Source: a virus
Length of the DNA: 64,000 nucleotides
Reading direction: 5' to 3' (one strand)
IMG/VR virus record: IMGVR_UViG_3300031227_000034
Location: 6,969-70,968 of that record
The notes below the pieces were generated by a model. That model was given only the letters and a program-made list of their open reading frames with translations. It was not told where the DNA came from and ran no database searches. Position 1 is the stretch's first letter, and the number at the start of each line of letters is the position of its first letter. The translations under genes and the position numbers were made by a program. Positions 44,490-55,458 of the stretch are shown here, one piece after another.

Positions 44490-46528
44490 TGGCCGAAACT
44501 GTAGTAAGAACATTAGTAACAAAATGGCTTGTTAAGTCTGATACTAAGGGTATAAAAGACCTTAACAAAGAGCTTGCAAATTCTATGAAGCTTCTTGCGG
44601 CAACAGCCGCAGCTTTTACTGCTGTAGTTCTTCCTGCCGCCAAGCTTCAAGAAGCAATAAGAACAACAATGACCCTTACAGATCAGGCTGGGTCAAAAAT
44701 ATTAAAGCTTGAAAAAGATTTAACAAATTCTGCAATTAAACTTTCTAACAAATTCGCCATAAGTTCAGCTAAAGTTGCCGATGGTTTTTATCAGTCAAGA
44801 TCAACTGGTGCGAGATTTTTATCTGAGAGATTTAACGAGTTGTCAAAAACATCTCTGCAAATGTCTCAGGTTGTTGGAATGTCTATGTACGATGCTGTTG
44901 AAGGCTTGAATGATACATTAAACTCTTTTGGATTAGAATCAAATGAGTTTGACAGGGTTGCAGACACACTATTTACAACATCAAAACTTGCTGCTACAAC
45001 TGTTCCTCAATTAGTTGTTGCGATGAAACAAACCGCTCCTGCTGCAAGAACAGCCGGAATTGGTATTGAAAAAGCATCCGCAATTCTCGCCACATTTGCA
45101 AACAGAGGAATTAAAGCTGCCGATGCTGGAATGGCATTTAAACAGATTTTTGTTAGAATGTTGACTGGCAAAAACCTTAAAATGCTTGAAAAGCTAAGGG
45201 TGGGTGGTAAAAAAGTAAGTCCATACGATGAGTTCGGCGAAGTAAGAAACGTAATGGAAGTCTTGAAGGATGTCAAAAAAGCAACAAGCAAAATGAATGC
45301 CAGAAAAAGGCTTCAAATTTATAGAGACATCGCAGGACAGTTCCCGTTTTCAAGATTTGCAGCATTAATGGGTTCAAATCTTGACCAAATGGTTGACTAT
45401 GAGAAAGCATTAGAGCGTTCTGGTGGTGCTTTAGACAAAGCATTTAACATCAAAATGGCATCTGCATCAATGCAGCTACAGTTATTTTGGGTAAGAATTA
45501 AAAATGTTGCTGCACAAATTGGCGAACCAATGCTTGCACCGCTTACCAAAATGATAACTGCTGTTAGTGAAGTTGTAGAGAACATTTCTGATTGGATTAT
45601 GGTAAACGAAGAATTAGCAGAAAGTTTTGCCTTGTTTGGCGGATCGCTTATGGTCTTGCTGGCTATTACGGCAGTTATCGGTGCGTTAATAACGTCTTTT
45701 GGGTTATTAAAGTCCGCAGGCATTGGTGCATGGATGGCAATGTTGTGGCCTATTATGCTTGTTATTGGCGCTTTAATGGCTGTTTGGGCGTTATATGACG
45801 ACATAAGCTCATCAGTTACAGACCCGTCTTCTGATTCTTTTATAACCGCTTTCTTGTCTCCTCATAAAGACGACAACAAGCTTCAAAAAAGTGCAAGGGC
45901 ATTCTTTGCTCAACAGCTTCATAGTATGCAGACTGGAAGTTCTGAAAGCCAACGGGCGGCTATTATGGAAAAAGATACAAGTCTAAAAAAACAATATAAA
46001 GAAGACATTGTTGGCAAAACAAATAAAGAAAAAAGCAAGCTTCTACGTGATCTCAATAGTGACCTAAAAGAAAACAGGGCATTAATGCAGAGAATAAAAG
46101 ACCAGTGGGGACAGACAATAAAAGACAATGTTGAAAGAAAAAAACTTTACGATTCACAATCTGGAGAAAGAACACCTATGCCAAGTGTTCTTGATGAACC
46201 ACTAGAGGTTTTGCGTAGAGGAGCAATAGCCCCGTTTAATTTCGGCTTTGATGTCGGAAGCTCAATGTCCGAGGGGATTGGGTGGATGGCTGGTCGTGTT
46301 GACAAAAACTACAACGATTTTAACGCAAGGTCTAATAACGTAAAACTTATATATCAGATAAAAACAAAAACACCAGCAGAAACAGAAACCATTAAGCAAG
46401 TGTTGATAAGGCAGCGTAGAGATAGTAGTTTTGCAGATCATCTTAACCCTGCCGTGTTTGGAAGCTACCCAACAATACTAGATAGGTCTCAAGTTTTAGA
46501 GTTAGACCCCGGATCAGATGTGGAGTAA
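44489..46528 (+). CDS. tail tape measure protein (TP901-type core)
   Basis: RVAD.L, L..AM...AP.A...G...E, GIK...AG, hydrophobic segments. Confidence 0.9.
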   Translation: MAETVVRTLVTKWLVKSDTKGIKDLNKELANSMKLLAATAAAFTAVVLPAAKLQEAIRTTMTLTDQAGSKILKLEKDLTNSAIKLSNKFAISSAKVADGFYQSRSTGARFLSERFNELSKTSLQMSQVVGMSMYDAVEGLNDTLNSFGLESNEFDRVADTLFTTSKLAATTVPQLVVAMKQTAPAARTAGIGIEKASAILATFANRGIKAADAGMAFKQIFVRMLTGKNLKMLEKLRVGGKKVSPYDEFGEVRNVMEVLKDVKKATSKMNARKRLQIYRDIAGQFPFSRFAALMGSNLDQMVDYEKALERSGGALDKAFNIKMASASMQLQLFWVRIKNVAAQIGEPMLAPLTKMITAVSEVVENISDWIMVNEELAESFALFGGSLMVLLAITAVIGALITSFGLLKSAGIGAWMAMLWPIMLVIGALMAVWALYDDISSSVTDPSSDSFITAFLSPHKDDNKLQKSARAFFAQQLHSMQTGSSESQRAAIMEKDTSLKKQYKEDIVGKTNKEKSKLLRDLNSDLKENRALMQRIKDQWGQTIKDNVERKKLYDSQSGERTPMPSVLDEPLEVLRRGAIAPFNFGFDVGSSMSEGIGWMAGRVDKNYNDFNARSNNVKLIYQIKTKTPAETETIKQVLIRQRRDSSFADHLNPAVFGSYPTILDRSQVLELDPGSDVE

Positions 46529-46531
46529 ATA

Positions 46532-47278
46532 ATGCCAATATCAATGTTATTTAGAAAACAGCAACCAACAAGGTTTGTTCCAAAAGGTGCGGAACTAAGC
46601 TCTGAGCAAATATGGGGGGAAAGATTTCACTCAGGAAACTCCTTTGAAGATTTGGCAGTAAATACTGGTATAAAAGAAAAAACAGGAATAATAACTATTG
46701 ACGCAACTATTGATGAAACGCATACGAACACAGTAACCATAGCAACATATCCTGTTGAAGACGGTGTAGAGATGACAAGTCACTGCATTAAAAATCCACA
46801 AAGATATAGAATGACTGGAGTTATTTCTGACACTCCACTCGGATTAAGTCTTTTAAATCCATTGGCGGCAGGCATAGGATCAATAAGTAATTTTAACGAG
46901 AACTATAAGTCTCGCTCACAAAACTCGTACAATGATATAATAGAACTTCAAAACTTATGTATTCCGTTTTCAATTATATCTGGACTAAAAAGATATGAGA
47001 GTATGCTTATGTCAGAGTTTACTGTTACTAAAGATATAAACACTGCAAATGAAATAAGATTTTCTTGTGATTTAGTGGAAGTTATTGTTGTAAAAAACAC
47101 GATAGGACTGATTAGGGGGTCAACGCTTGAGAAAAATGCTGCTCTTACGGAAGCCGCAAACGAAGGCAAGACACCGCCAGTGCCTCTTGACGCAGCAAAA
47201 AAGGATTTTATTCGTAACAAACCGTTTCTTAGAAATTTAACAGAATCGTTTTCTCCGGGTTCGCTAAAGCTAAAGTAA
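46532..47278 (+). CDS. baseplate/Dit-like tail protein
   Basis: IDAT..E.H, YPVEDG...H, G.ISDTP, L..Y.SML. Confidence 0.7.
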   Translation: MPISMLFRKQQPTRFVPKGAELSSEQIWGERFHSGNSFEDLAVNTGIKEKTGIITIDATIDETHTNTVTIATYPVEDGVEMTSHCIKNPQRYRMTGVISDTPLGLSLLNPLAAGIGSISNFNENYKSRSQNSYNDIIELQNLCIPFSIISGLKRYESMLMSEFTVTKDINTANEIRFSCDLVEVIVVKNTIGLIRGSTLEKNAALTEAANEGKTPPVPLDAAKKDFIRNKPFLRNLTESFSPGSLKLK

Positions 47279-47622
47279 TGATAAAAATACCATTTAATCC
47301 AATTGATCCAAATCAATATTTTACGATATCTCTTTCGGGAAAAGAATATGTACTATTTTTTAAATACAATCCAAGAGTAGAAAATACGGGTGGTGACAGC
47401 GGTGCGTGGTATATGGACATAATGTTTGACATTGAAACCCCGATAGCCCGTGGAGTAAAAATTGTTCCAGACTATCCATTAAACCTTTCAGATGTAAATC
47501 CGTTTTTGCCAGACCAAATATTCGCTGTTTTTAACGAACATGGCGGAGACGAATCAATAGGAAGAAGAGACTTGGGAATTAGGTCTATCATTATTTATGA
47601 CCCTTTGGATAATGAAGAATAA
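47278..47622 (+). CDS. baseplate plug-like protein
   Basis: F.I.L.G..Y, YN.R, WYMDI, GVKIV. Confidence 0.65.
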   Translation: MIKIPFNPIDPNQYFTISLSGKEYVLFFKYNPRVENTGGDSGAWYMDIMFDIETPIARGVKIVPDYPLNLSDVNPFLPDQIFAVFNEHGGDESIGRRDLGIRSIIIYDPLDNEE

Positions 47623-48584
47623 TGTCGTTGATAAATGAAATAAAATTAACATCAGTGTCGCCCGTTGGCACAAGAACCGAACTCGCCAGAAAAACAGGCG
47701 GAAGCTGGTCTTTAGAAATATCTGACTTAGCCATATCTTTTGATATAAAAAAGACAATAGGAAAAGAAAAAAACACTGCAAAAATAAAAATTTATAATTT
47801 AAGCGAAACCAACAGGAGTGAATTTTTAAATAGAGGGTCAAACGTAACTCTTGGGTTTGGTAAAAAAATAGACGACACCATTCTGGGGCCGCCAAGCCCA
47901 AACGATCAGCCAATATTTTTTACAATATTTAAAGGCGATGTGTTTAACTCTAGTTCATTTGCCGGAAGCGAGGCCGACAAGGAAACACTAATAGAGTGCA
48001 GCACTGGAGGCAAGGCTTATAATCAAGTAGTTAATTGGTCTTTAGGTCCGGCATCAAGAATAGACGAAATCTTGGGTCTTGTAACAAAAAGCCTTAAAGA
48101 CGCTGGAGTTACAATGGGAACAGATTTTGTCAGGGAATACAAAGAAAAATCAAAAAAACAAGGTACATTTTTTCCGACAGGCTGGGCAGTTTCGGCAAAA
48201 CTAGAAAAAGCACTTAGCATGGTTTTTAGCAGAATTAAACAAAACTATTCAATACAGGACGATGTTTTTTATTACCACTCAGTGTTTGACCCGTCTCAGG
48301 TAAACAAGGTTTTGTTAACCCCCCAAACTGGTCTTATTTCGTCTGTATCAAAAATACAAAAAAGACTCTCAGACCCGACCGAAGAAAGAAGCCAAAAAAA
48401 AGAAGTTAATGGCATAAAGTTTAAGTGTCAAATCATTCCCGGAATACAGCCGGGAAATTTAGTTGAAATAGACTCTAGGTATGCCAAAGGAGATTATGTA
48501 TTGCATAATTGTCGCTATGTTGGTGGAACAAGAGTAGTTGACTGTTATATATTGTGTGAAGCAATAGAATTTGGAACACATTAG
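47622..48584 (+). CDS. baseplate hub protein
   Basis: L.ISFDIKKT, N.AKIKIYNLS, YSIQD, L.PQTGLI. Confidence 0.75.
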   Translation: MSLINEIKLTSVSPVGTRTELARKTGGSWSLEISDLAISFDIKKTIGKEKNTAKIKIYNLSETNRSEFLNRGSNVTLGFGKKIDDTILGPPSPNDQPIFFTIFKGDVFNSSSFAGSEADKETLIECSTGGKAYNQVVNWSLGPASRIDEILGLVTKSLKDAGVTMGTDFVREYKEKSKKQGTFFPTGWAVSAKLEKALSMVFSRIKQNYSIQDDVFYYHSVFDPSQVNKVLLTPQTGLISSVSKIQKRLSDPTEERSQKKEVNGIKFKCQIIPGIQPGNLVEIDSRYAKGDYVLHNCRYVGGTRVVDCYILCEAIEFGTH

Positions 48585-49394
48585 ATGCCCCTAGACGATG
48601 CAGAAGTAATTAAGAGATATGTAGAAGAAGAACAAGGCGAGTTTCGTGTTTTTCTTCCCTGCGTAGTTGTAAAAGTTGACGGAAGAATGGTTGACGTTCA
48701 AATAACAACCGACCGTCCTGATTCTTGGCGTTATCCAGAAGAATTACCAAAAGAATTAAAGCAACTGCCAGTTATATATTCAATACCTGTAGAACTTCCG
48801 AGTGCATGGTTAAGTGCAACGTCACAAGTTGTATTTAATATTCCAATTAAAGAGGGAACTCTTGGCAGCTTAATGGTTTCTGATTATGGGTTAGAAAATT
48901 GGAACGGCTCTGACGGTGAGGAATTAGTAAAAACAAGAGAAGGATATTATCACGACTTTAATTCTGGAAAGTTTGTTCCGGGATTATCTCCAAATGCGAG
49001 GCAATATGATCCAAGCGACAACTTTGGAATGATATTTAAGGATAAAAAAAGTGAAATTGAATCTCAAATAGTTATCAACCAAAACGGCGATATTGAAGTT
49101 TCTGGAAATAGTTCTGTGAAAGTAAATGCTGGTGGAAGTTTTAGCACAAACAGTGGTGGCTCGACTAGCATATCGTCTGACACAACGGCGAGCTTGGAAT
49201 CTAATTTGGGAACAACTCTTGATTGCTCAATTCCGGCAGGAGTAAAGCTTGGAAAACTGGCTGTAAGCCCAGCCGTTCTAGGCCAGGGCCTTAGTTTATA
49301 TCTTTCAAAGGCGGTTAATATTCTTGGTGTTCCGATATTTCCAGTTCCGTTAGCCCCAGTTACAGAATTAAGTGCAAAGGTCTTGGTAGAATAA
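48585..49394 (+). CDS. baseplate spike (Gp138-like)
   Basis: LP..VV, VDVQ, PV.LP, H....FVPG. Confidence 0.7.
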   Translation: MPLDDAEVIKRYVEEEQGEFRVFLPCVVVKVDGRMVDVQITTDRPDSWRYPEELPKELKQLPVIYSIPVELPSAWLSATSQVVFNIPIKEGTLGSLMVSDYGLENWNGSDGEELVKTREGYYHDFNSGKFVPGLSPNARQYDPSDNFGMIFKDKKSEIESQIVINQNGDIEVSGNSSVKVNAGGSFSTNSGGSTSISSDTTASLESNLGTTLDCSIPAGVKLGKLAVSPAVLGQGLSLYLSKAVNILGVPIFPVPLAPVTELSAKVLVE

Positions 49395-49585
49395 TGTTAA
49401 TTGAAAACATAGAAAACTTGCAAGTTGACTTGAAATCTGCTATACTAAAAAAGTTGAATGAAGATTTCCCTGATGCAGATTCAGGATTAGCGGAAATGTT
49501 TAATACATGGATTGATGCGTCAGTCCCATTGGTAATGCAGTATATTGTTGATAACGCAGTTGTAGTTGGTGATAAAATTGAGTAG
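49394..49585 (+). CDS. small baseplate-region protein
   Basis: coupled ORF ending YI..NA.V. Confidence 0.55.
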   Translation: MLIENIENLQVDLKSAILKKLNEDFPDADSGLAEMFNTWIDASVPLVMQYIVDNAVVVGDKIE

Positions 49586-49958
49586 TAACTTGAAAATGTC
49601 AGAAAACAAAGAAGGTGCTTACGATTTTTCCGTAACCAAGGGTAGGCTTCAATATACAGAAAATATAGAAACAATTAAGCAGAGAATTACATATGCTTTC
49701 GTAACTCTATATGGCGAGTGGTTTCTTGATTACGGAAAAGGATTTCCGTGGTATCAAATAGTGTTTATCAAAGACTATGATTCTGGTCAAATACAAGACC
49801 AAATTACAAGCACAATATTGGGTGTTGATGGCGTTATAGAATTGCTTGAAATACCAACACTATCTGTTGACAATAAAACAAGGTCTGCAACAATTAGCAT
49901 AAGTGTAAGAACAACGTCTGGAACAATTACAGACCAGTTTGGAGTAAATAATGTCTAG
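49566..49958 (+). CDS. baseplate wedge/sheath initiator (gp25-like)
   Basis: IKQRI....GEWFLD...G.PW, ILGVDGV. Confidence 0.75.
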   Translation: MVIKLSSNLKMSENKEGAYDFSVTKGRLQYTENIETIKQRITYAFVTLYGEWFLDYGKGFPWYQIVFIKDYDSGQIQDQITSTILGVDGVIELLEIPTLSVDNKTRSATISISVRTTSGTITDQFGVNNV

Positions 49959-51426
49959 TGATTGGGGCGTAACAGCAAACGGGTATAACCTTCCAACATT
50001 TTCAGCAATATATGACGAAATTGGGAGCGGATATCGAGTAACATTTAACGCCGCCGGAATTGAAATTGATACACAAGACGAGCCTATTAATCAAATAATA
50101 TCTGTCACGTCTGATAGAAATTACGAGTTGTGGCTAAAACTACAAGCTCCATATGATGCACAATCTGTTGACAACGCTACTGGAAAAGCTTTGTCTAATA
50201 TGGCTTTCAGTATGGCTAAAAGACGCATGGGGCCTACTAATTCAATTTGTAACATTGTGTTGACAGCGAAAAGCACTACTGGGTTTAGTTCTGCCATTGG
50301 TGATTTAGTTGCGAATATAAATACTGGTGAACTTTGGGAGGCTACAGAAGTTATTGTTGTTCTAGCCGGAGCCAGCGAAACAGTTGCCTTTAGGTCTGTA
50401 GATGTTGGTTCGATATCTGCCACCATCGGCTTGTTAACCGATATTAAATCAAGTAAATCTGGATGGGACAGTGCAACAAATGTTGTTGACGCAACTTTAG
50501 GTCAGCCATACGAAAGCGATTCTGCACTAAGATTAAGACTTGTTTCTGATATGTCGCCAAAGGAGCTTGATAATCAGTTGCTTTCATACGTAACTGGCGT
50601 AACTCAGGTAAGCGTTTATCAAAACGATACAGGCGGAATTGACGCTCAAGGAAGGCCGAACGGGGCAGTAGAGGCGGTTGTAGTTGGTGGTGACGACACA
50701 GACATAGGAAACATGGTTTTAAAGATAAAAGCCGATGGTGTTCAAACGTGGGGCAATGATTCAGTAATAGTTCAAGATAGTAATCAGGATAGCAAAACAG
50801 TTTATTTCTCACGGGTTGACGAAATAGCTTATTGGATAAATGTTAAACTAAGAGTTGGCGATAACTTTAACTTGGGAACAAAACAAGAAGTTAAGGTAAC
50901 AATAAACAGCGGAGCCGTTGGTGATTACGTAATAAAAGTAAATGGAAATGAATTTACAGAAACAGTTGCAGCACCCACAACAGAAATAGCAATAGCAAGT
51001 GCATTATCTGTTTTAATAAACGCTGTTCCTTACCAACCAGTAACTGCTGTATATAACTCTGGTGACGACTACTTTATGTTAGTTGCCGATTACGCTGGTG
51101 TACCGTTTACATACGAGAGGCGTGGAAGTATATCATTGTCCGAAAGTGTTGGCAATTCTGGAGATCAAACAACGGTTATTCAAAGAATAGTTGACTTTTC
51201 GGATACTTATCAAACAATCGGTGGCGAGGTATATTTAGACAAATATATTGCCGCTGTTTTTAATTCAGACGATGATATAAATTTACAAATTTATGGGGCA
51301 GATGTTTTTGCAAATATTGATGGTGGTGCTTTTGTTGGTCCTGCAACTGGAGCGTCAGATTTAATTATGAGTTATGCAGAACTTGCTACGCTTGACAGTG
51401 TTAGAGTAACCGTGGAGATTGTCTAA
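49951..51426 (+). CDS. baseplate J/gp47 family protein with inserted domain
   Basis: ATG.AL, GWD..TN, ESD..LR.R, VTGV, VVGGDD.DI, G.QT.G, V.FSR. Confidence 0.85.
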   Translation: MSSDWGVTANGYNLPTFSAIYDEIGSGYRVTFNAAGIEIDTQDEPINQIISVTSDRNYELWLKLQAPYDAQSVDNATGKALSNMAFSMAKRRMGPTNSICNIVLTAKSTTGFSSAIGDLVANINTGELWEATEVIVVLAGASETVAFRSVDVGSISATIGLLTDIKSSKSGWDSATNVVDATLGQPYESDSALRLRLVSDMSPKELDNQLLSYVTGVTQVSVYQNDTGGIDAQGRPNGAVEAVVVGGDDTDIGNMVLKIKADGVQTWGNDSVIVQDSNQDSKTVYFSRVDEIAYWINVKLRVGDNFNLGTKQEVKVTINSGAVGDYVIKVNGNEFTETVAAPTTEIAIASALSVLINAVPYQPVTAVYNSGDDYFMLVADYAGVPFTYERRGSISLSESVGNSGDQTTVIQRIVDFSDTYQTIGGEVYLDKYIAAVFNSDDDINLQIYGADVFANIDGGAFVGPATGASDLIMSYAELATLDSVRVTVEIV

Positions 51427-52640
51427 TGCCTTTTGGTGTATTTGGTTTTGGAACAAATCCTTTTGCTGACAGGTCTTTACAGGCTCATACTGCAAACTAT
51501 ATAGACAATCATAAAGAGAGAGCATATAAAAGGCTTCTAAAAGTAAACAGCGTTATTTATGACCCTGACAGCCAAGATGTATTGCTTAATAACGATGATG
51601 GCTCTAGGATTAGACACTCATATATTTTGGGTTCTATTATTCAAGGCATTGGAACTCAGGTACAGCAACTTGAAGATGGAATTGAAGAATTACTTTTGAG
51701 GATTAGCCTTGAGGCAGCACAAGGAGAACTCTTAGATTTTATCGGAAAGAGAATTGGTCTAAGAAGAAACGAAATACCAAATTCGGCCTATGATGACGAG
51801 GTATACCGCACTGCTTTAATTGCAAAAAATGGATTGAACTGGGGTCAGGGCGAAGAGAGAGTTTTAAGTAATGCAATTAATGTTTTAACAAATTCAGAAA
51901 AAACAGAAAATGTTGAATACTATCCTTTAGCTTTTTATATTTATTTTCAAGGCGATGTTGATAACGAGGACTTGATTTATAAGATTATGTATAACGGCAA
52001 AAAACAGGGCATTTCCATGACTCTAATAAATGCTGTCAGGTCAGAACTGAATCCATTCAGATTTGCTGCTAATCCTAAATTACATTTACAGGCAACAGCA
52101 ACTAGCACCATATCAACGGCTAATATTTTACAAGCCGATTTGGTTGGAGTTATTGCTGGAGATTTTGCCAACGGTCAAATAGCAATATATGACGGAACGG
52201 GCAAAAAAGATGTTAGAGATATTGATGCTAGTGGTGCTGTCCCTAATATTGATGGCATTTCATGGGATTTTTCCGCCACGGTAAATTTCTCTGGAATTAT
52301 AGACGCAACTAGTTACTTAAATATGTATGACTACACAGATGGGTTAGGTCTTGCTGACAATCCAGAATTTAATAACACAACTGTTTCTGGAACTACAAAT
52401 TCAATTACAACTTCAAACACATTTGTTGGCGGAGACAGAGCAAATGATTGGATTGTAATCTTTGAGGGAACGGGAAAAACAGATATAAAACAAATTGACT
52501 CTATTGGTGCGGTTGCATCAGGCCCCAACTGGGAATTTACCCTGATTGATGGAAAGAGTTTTATTTATACACCTGATACAAGTTCAAAATTTGATATATA
52601 TGGCAGCGGTGGCAGACTTGCAGCCGTAATAGGGAGTTAA
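51426..52640 (+). CDS. baseplate wedge protein (DUF2612-like) with C-terminal repeats
   Basis: A.GE.LD.IG..IG..R, DDE.YR; two [YF][DE]GTGK.D...ID units. Confidence 0.65.
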   Translation: MPFGVFGFGTNPFADRSLQAHTANYIDNHKERAYKRLLKVNSVIYDPDSQDVLLNNDDGSRIRHSYILGSIIQGIGTQVQQLEDGIEELLLRISLEAAQGELLDFIGKRIGLRRNEIPNSAYDDEVYRTALIAKNGLNWGQGEERVLSNAINVLTNSEKTENVEYYPLAFYIYFQGDVDNEDLIYKIMYNGKKQGISMTLINAVRSELNPFRFAANPKLHLQATATSTISTANILQADLVGVIAGDFANGQIAIYDGTGKKDVRDIDASGAVPNIDGISWDFSATVNFSGIIDATSYLNMYDYTDGLGLADNPEFNNTTVSGTTNSITTSNTFVGGDRANDWIVIFEGTGKTDIKQIDSIGAVASGPNWEFTLIDGKSFIYTPDTSSKFDIYGSGGRLAAVIGS

Positions 52641-52644
52641 TTTA

Positions 52645-54987
52645 ATGAGTGACAGAAATAGACCAGACGTTATAGGCAAGTTTGCCACAGACGCAGGAGC
52701 CTCAAAAACTGCTCCGGCAAGTGCAAAAGCAACCGAAGGAATGTATGATAATGAATTTTTACCAAGCGATTATGTAAATCACTTTCAGAATACAAACGGT
52801 CAGTTTAACGATTACACCGCAGGACTCCCAAGAGAAATGATTGTTCCGGGAATCCAAAGCGGATTAAAAGTTCATTGGGATTCTGGAATAGCTCCCGGTG
52901 GTGAATTTAGCATTTATGGAGAAGATTATGCAATTACAACAGGCTCAACAGCTTCTAACTACATGGAAACCAATGGCGACATACGTGCAAGACTATTTGT
53001 TGGTCAATATCTCGTTATTGATGGCTCGACTGGCGGCTCAGCCACAGGCAATGACGGTACATATACTATTGCCACTATTGCCCTTTCTGGAGCTGATACT
53101 CGGATAACATTTGAAGAGTCTGTTCCAAGTGGAGCTTACGATGGCTCTATTTATACGGGCGGAACATTCTTAAGCAGAGAAGGAACTAAAATTGAAATCG
53201 CTGCTCAAATGCATTACAATGACGGAACCGGAATAAAACCAGCAAACGCTGTAGCCCCCGGAGCAGCAAGAACAGATTATATTGTTTTGCAGTATAATAA
53301 TGAATCAAACACTCTTTTATTTCCTGCCGTTTTGGAAGCTACAAGCCCAGATACTTTAGATTATGTTGTTGCAACAATTAGTGCTAACGTAAGTGGCGGT
53401 AACTATGTTGTTGAAAGAATCTCAAACGGAGCAAGACCTTTTGAGGCTAAAAATATAATTTTTGTCGGTGACGGAATTAGCTCTTTTCATTCAGAAATTT
53501 TAGACGAAGACGCACCGCTGCAAGATGCATTATTTAAGTGTAATCAACGGGGTGGTGGAATTGTTTATATGTCTGGAAGTTTTGACCAAAGAATAACGGC
53601 AAACGTGTTTATTCCTTCTCTGGTTACTCTTTCTGGGACACAAAGCCTGTATACCACTGTGTTTTACGCTGGCATTGATATATTGGGATTTGTGTCGTCT
53701 CCCGGATCGTCAACTATTGCGGGAACAAACACCGTAAATATATCGTCTGGAGACATTAAAAGAAGCGGTGTTGGTTCTGAATTGATAATATCTACTGGCG
53801 CTGATGCCGGAACATATTACATAAGCGAAGTTCTGTCCGACATAAGCTTTAGGGTTGTATATATAACGGCATCTGGAACTCCTGTTGATGCTGTGTTTTC
53901 TGGAACCACGGGGGTTTTTTGTTCTTCAACAGTTTCTAAGGCTTCTTTATCTTCTATATCAATAAACGGAAATGTATCTATAACCAACGCAAAAGACATA
54001 ATCATATCTAATGTTTTTGTTGACAACACTAGGGCGGCTCCAAACGCCACAATAGAGTTTAATGGAAGCGTAGACAACATATTAATTAGCGGTGTTGTTG
54101 AAAAAACAAACTTGTCAGGGGAGTCAATAGGCGACACTCTAGCCTTTGCCGGAACAAAAACATTTATAAGCTCTTGTTCTTTTCTAGGAAATGTTATCTT
54201 TGTTGGGTCGGTATCTGGAACTTGGGGAACAAACAGGGTTGGCGGAACATTAACCATCCCAGACGCAATGTTGCCAGACATTCAGGCAAATGATATTGAT
54301 TTAATCGGCGATATTACGCTTAAAGATAATAAAAGGGTTATTCTTGGTACTGGCGGCGATGCAGAAATTTATTATGACGGAACAGACTTAATAGTAAAGT
54401 CTGACGTGGTTGGCTCTGGAAACATTGTTCCAAAATCAGACGTTGCCTTTCCGGATTACTTTAAAATAATTATGGGTACTGGTGGCGATTCAGAAATGTT
54501 TTTTGACGGAGACTCGCTTAATATAACAAAAATTCCGCTTATGCAATATGACGTTTCTGCAACAAGTGCAAATCTTTCTATAGCGTCTGGGGCTTATGAA
54601 ATTGTTGATTATAATATTCCTGACATATATTATGCGTCTGGATCAAATAGCTATGAAGTGACCATCGGTTCTGCATGGAAATATACTGCACACAGAAACA
54701 TGTATGTAGATGTTTCGGCTAGAATTAGCCTTACCGGAACACACGTTGCATCAAAACTTATATATCTCGCAATATACAAGGGAGGAATTTTTGAAAGGAC
54801 TATAGCACGTATAACATCTGTAGTAAGCGGCTCTTCCGTAACCGGAATATATGGGAATGCCAAAGTGCATCTTTTAAGTGGAGAAAACATAGACATAAGA
54901 GTATATCAAAACTCAGGAAACGTATTTACGATGAATGTCCTTGACAAAATATCTTCAGTGTCAATAAAAGAAATTTCATCTTTCTAG
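52645..54987 (+). CDS. tail fibre / receptor-binding protein
   Basis: last large tail gene; R.D.IV, GGG.V beta-helix start, LGTGGDAEIYYDG repeat, C1q-like C-terminus. Confidence 0.7.
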   Translation: MSDRNRPDVIGKFATDAGASKTAPASAKATEGMYDNEFLPSDYVNHFQNTNGQFNDYTAGLPREMIVPGIQSGLKVHWDSGIAPGGEFSIYGEDYAITTGSTASNYMETNGDIRARLFVGQYLVIDGSTGGSATGNDGTYTIATIALSGADTRITFEESVPSGAYDGSIYTGGTFLSREGTKIEIAAQMHYNDGTGIKPANAVAPGAARTDYIVLQYNNESNTLLFPAVLEATSPDTLDYVVATISANVSGGNYVVERISNGARPFEAKNIIFVGDGISSFHSEILDEDAPLQDALFKCNQRGGGIVYMSGSFDQRITANVFIPSLVTLSGTQSLYTTVFYAGIDILGFVSSPGSSTIAGTNTVNISSGDIKRSGVGSELIISTGADAGTYYISEVLSDISFRVVYITASGTPVDAVFSGTTGVFCSSTVSKASLSSISINGNVSITNAKDIIISNVFVDNTRAAPNATIEFNGSVDNILISGVVEKTNLSGESIGDTLAFAGTKTFISSCSFLGNVIFVGSVSGTWGTNRVGGTLTIPDAMLPDIQANDIDLIGDITLKDNKRVILGTGGDAEIYYDGTDLIVKSDVVGSGNIVPKSDVAFPDYFKIIMGTGGDSEMFFDGDSLNITKIPLMQYDVSATSANLSIASGAYEIVDYNIPDIYYASGSNSYEVTIGSAWKYTAHRNMYVDVSARISLTGTHVASKLIYLAIYKGGIFERTIARITSVVSGSSVTGIYGNAKVHLLSGENIDIRVYQNSGNVFTMNVLDKISSVSIKEISSF

Positions 54988-54996
54988 GGGACAGAA

Positions 54997-55440
54997 ATGA
55001 CGATACCGATTGCCATAAATATTGTTGTTGGTTTTTTTACGATACTCGGAGTTTTGTTTACTGTTTGGTGGACAAATAAAAAAGCCGAGAAAGCCAAGAA
55101 GAAAGAAATTATTGAAGGGGTCTTGATTCAAACAAAAGCAAACTGCACAGAAAGCCAGTCAGTAATCTTTGAAAAGGTAAACAAAATAAGAACCGACATT
55201 ACAAAAGCAACATCAGAGCTTGGTTACGCAAAATCGTCCATTCAATATATGGACACAAAAATAGACAAACTTAATTTGAACGACTCAATACATAGCACAA
55301 AATTAGATTTCATAACAGAAGAAATTAAACATATGAGAAATGGCGACAAAAAAATAGTTGCAGAACTTGTTGTTGAAAAAATATCACACAAAATTGAAGA
55401 CATTATAGATAATAAAATAAAAAACTTGACAACAGAATAA
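54997..55440 (+). CDS. membrane-anchored coiled-coil protein (possible holin)
   Basis: single N-terminal TM, follows fibre gene. Confidence 0.45.
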   Translation: MTIPIAINIVVGFFTILGVLFTVWWTNKKAEKAKKKEIIEGVLIQTKANCTESQSVIFEKVNKIRTDITKATSELGYAKSSIQYMDTKIDKLNLNDSIHSTKLDFITEEIKHMRNGDKKIVAELVVEKISHKIEDIIDNKIKNLTTE

Positions 55441-55458
55441 ATTTATGATACACATATA

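Noticed and set aside
30960-54896. Many minus-strand ORFs over structural genes
   Set aside because: Antisense shadows of long + genes, without RBS or motifs.
52645-54987. Diversity-generating retroelement target in the fibre
   Set aside because: No reverse transcriptase and no template/variable repeat pair noticed.
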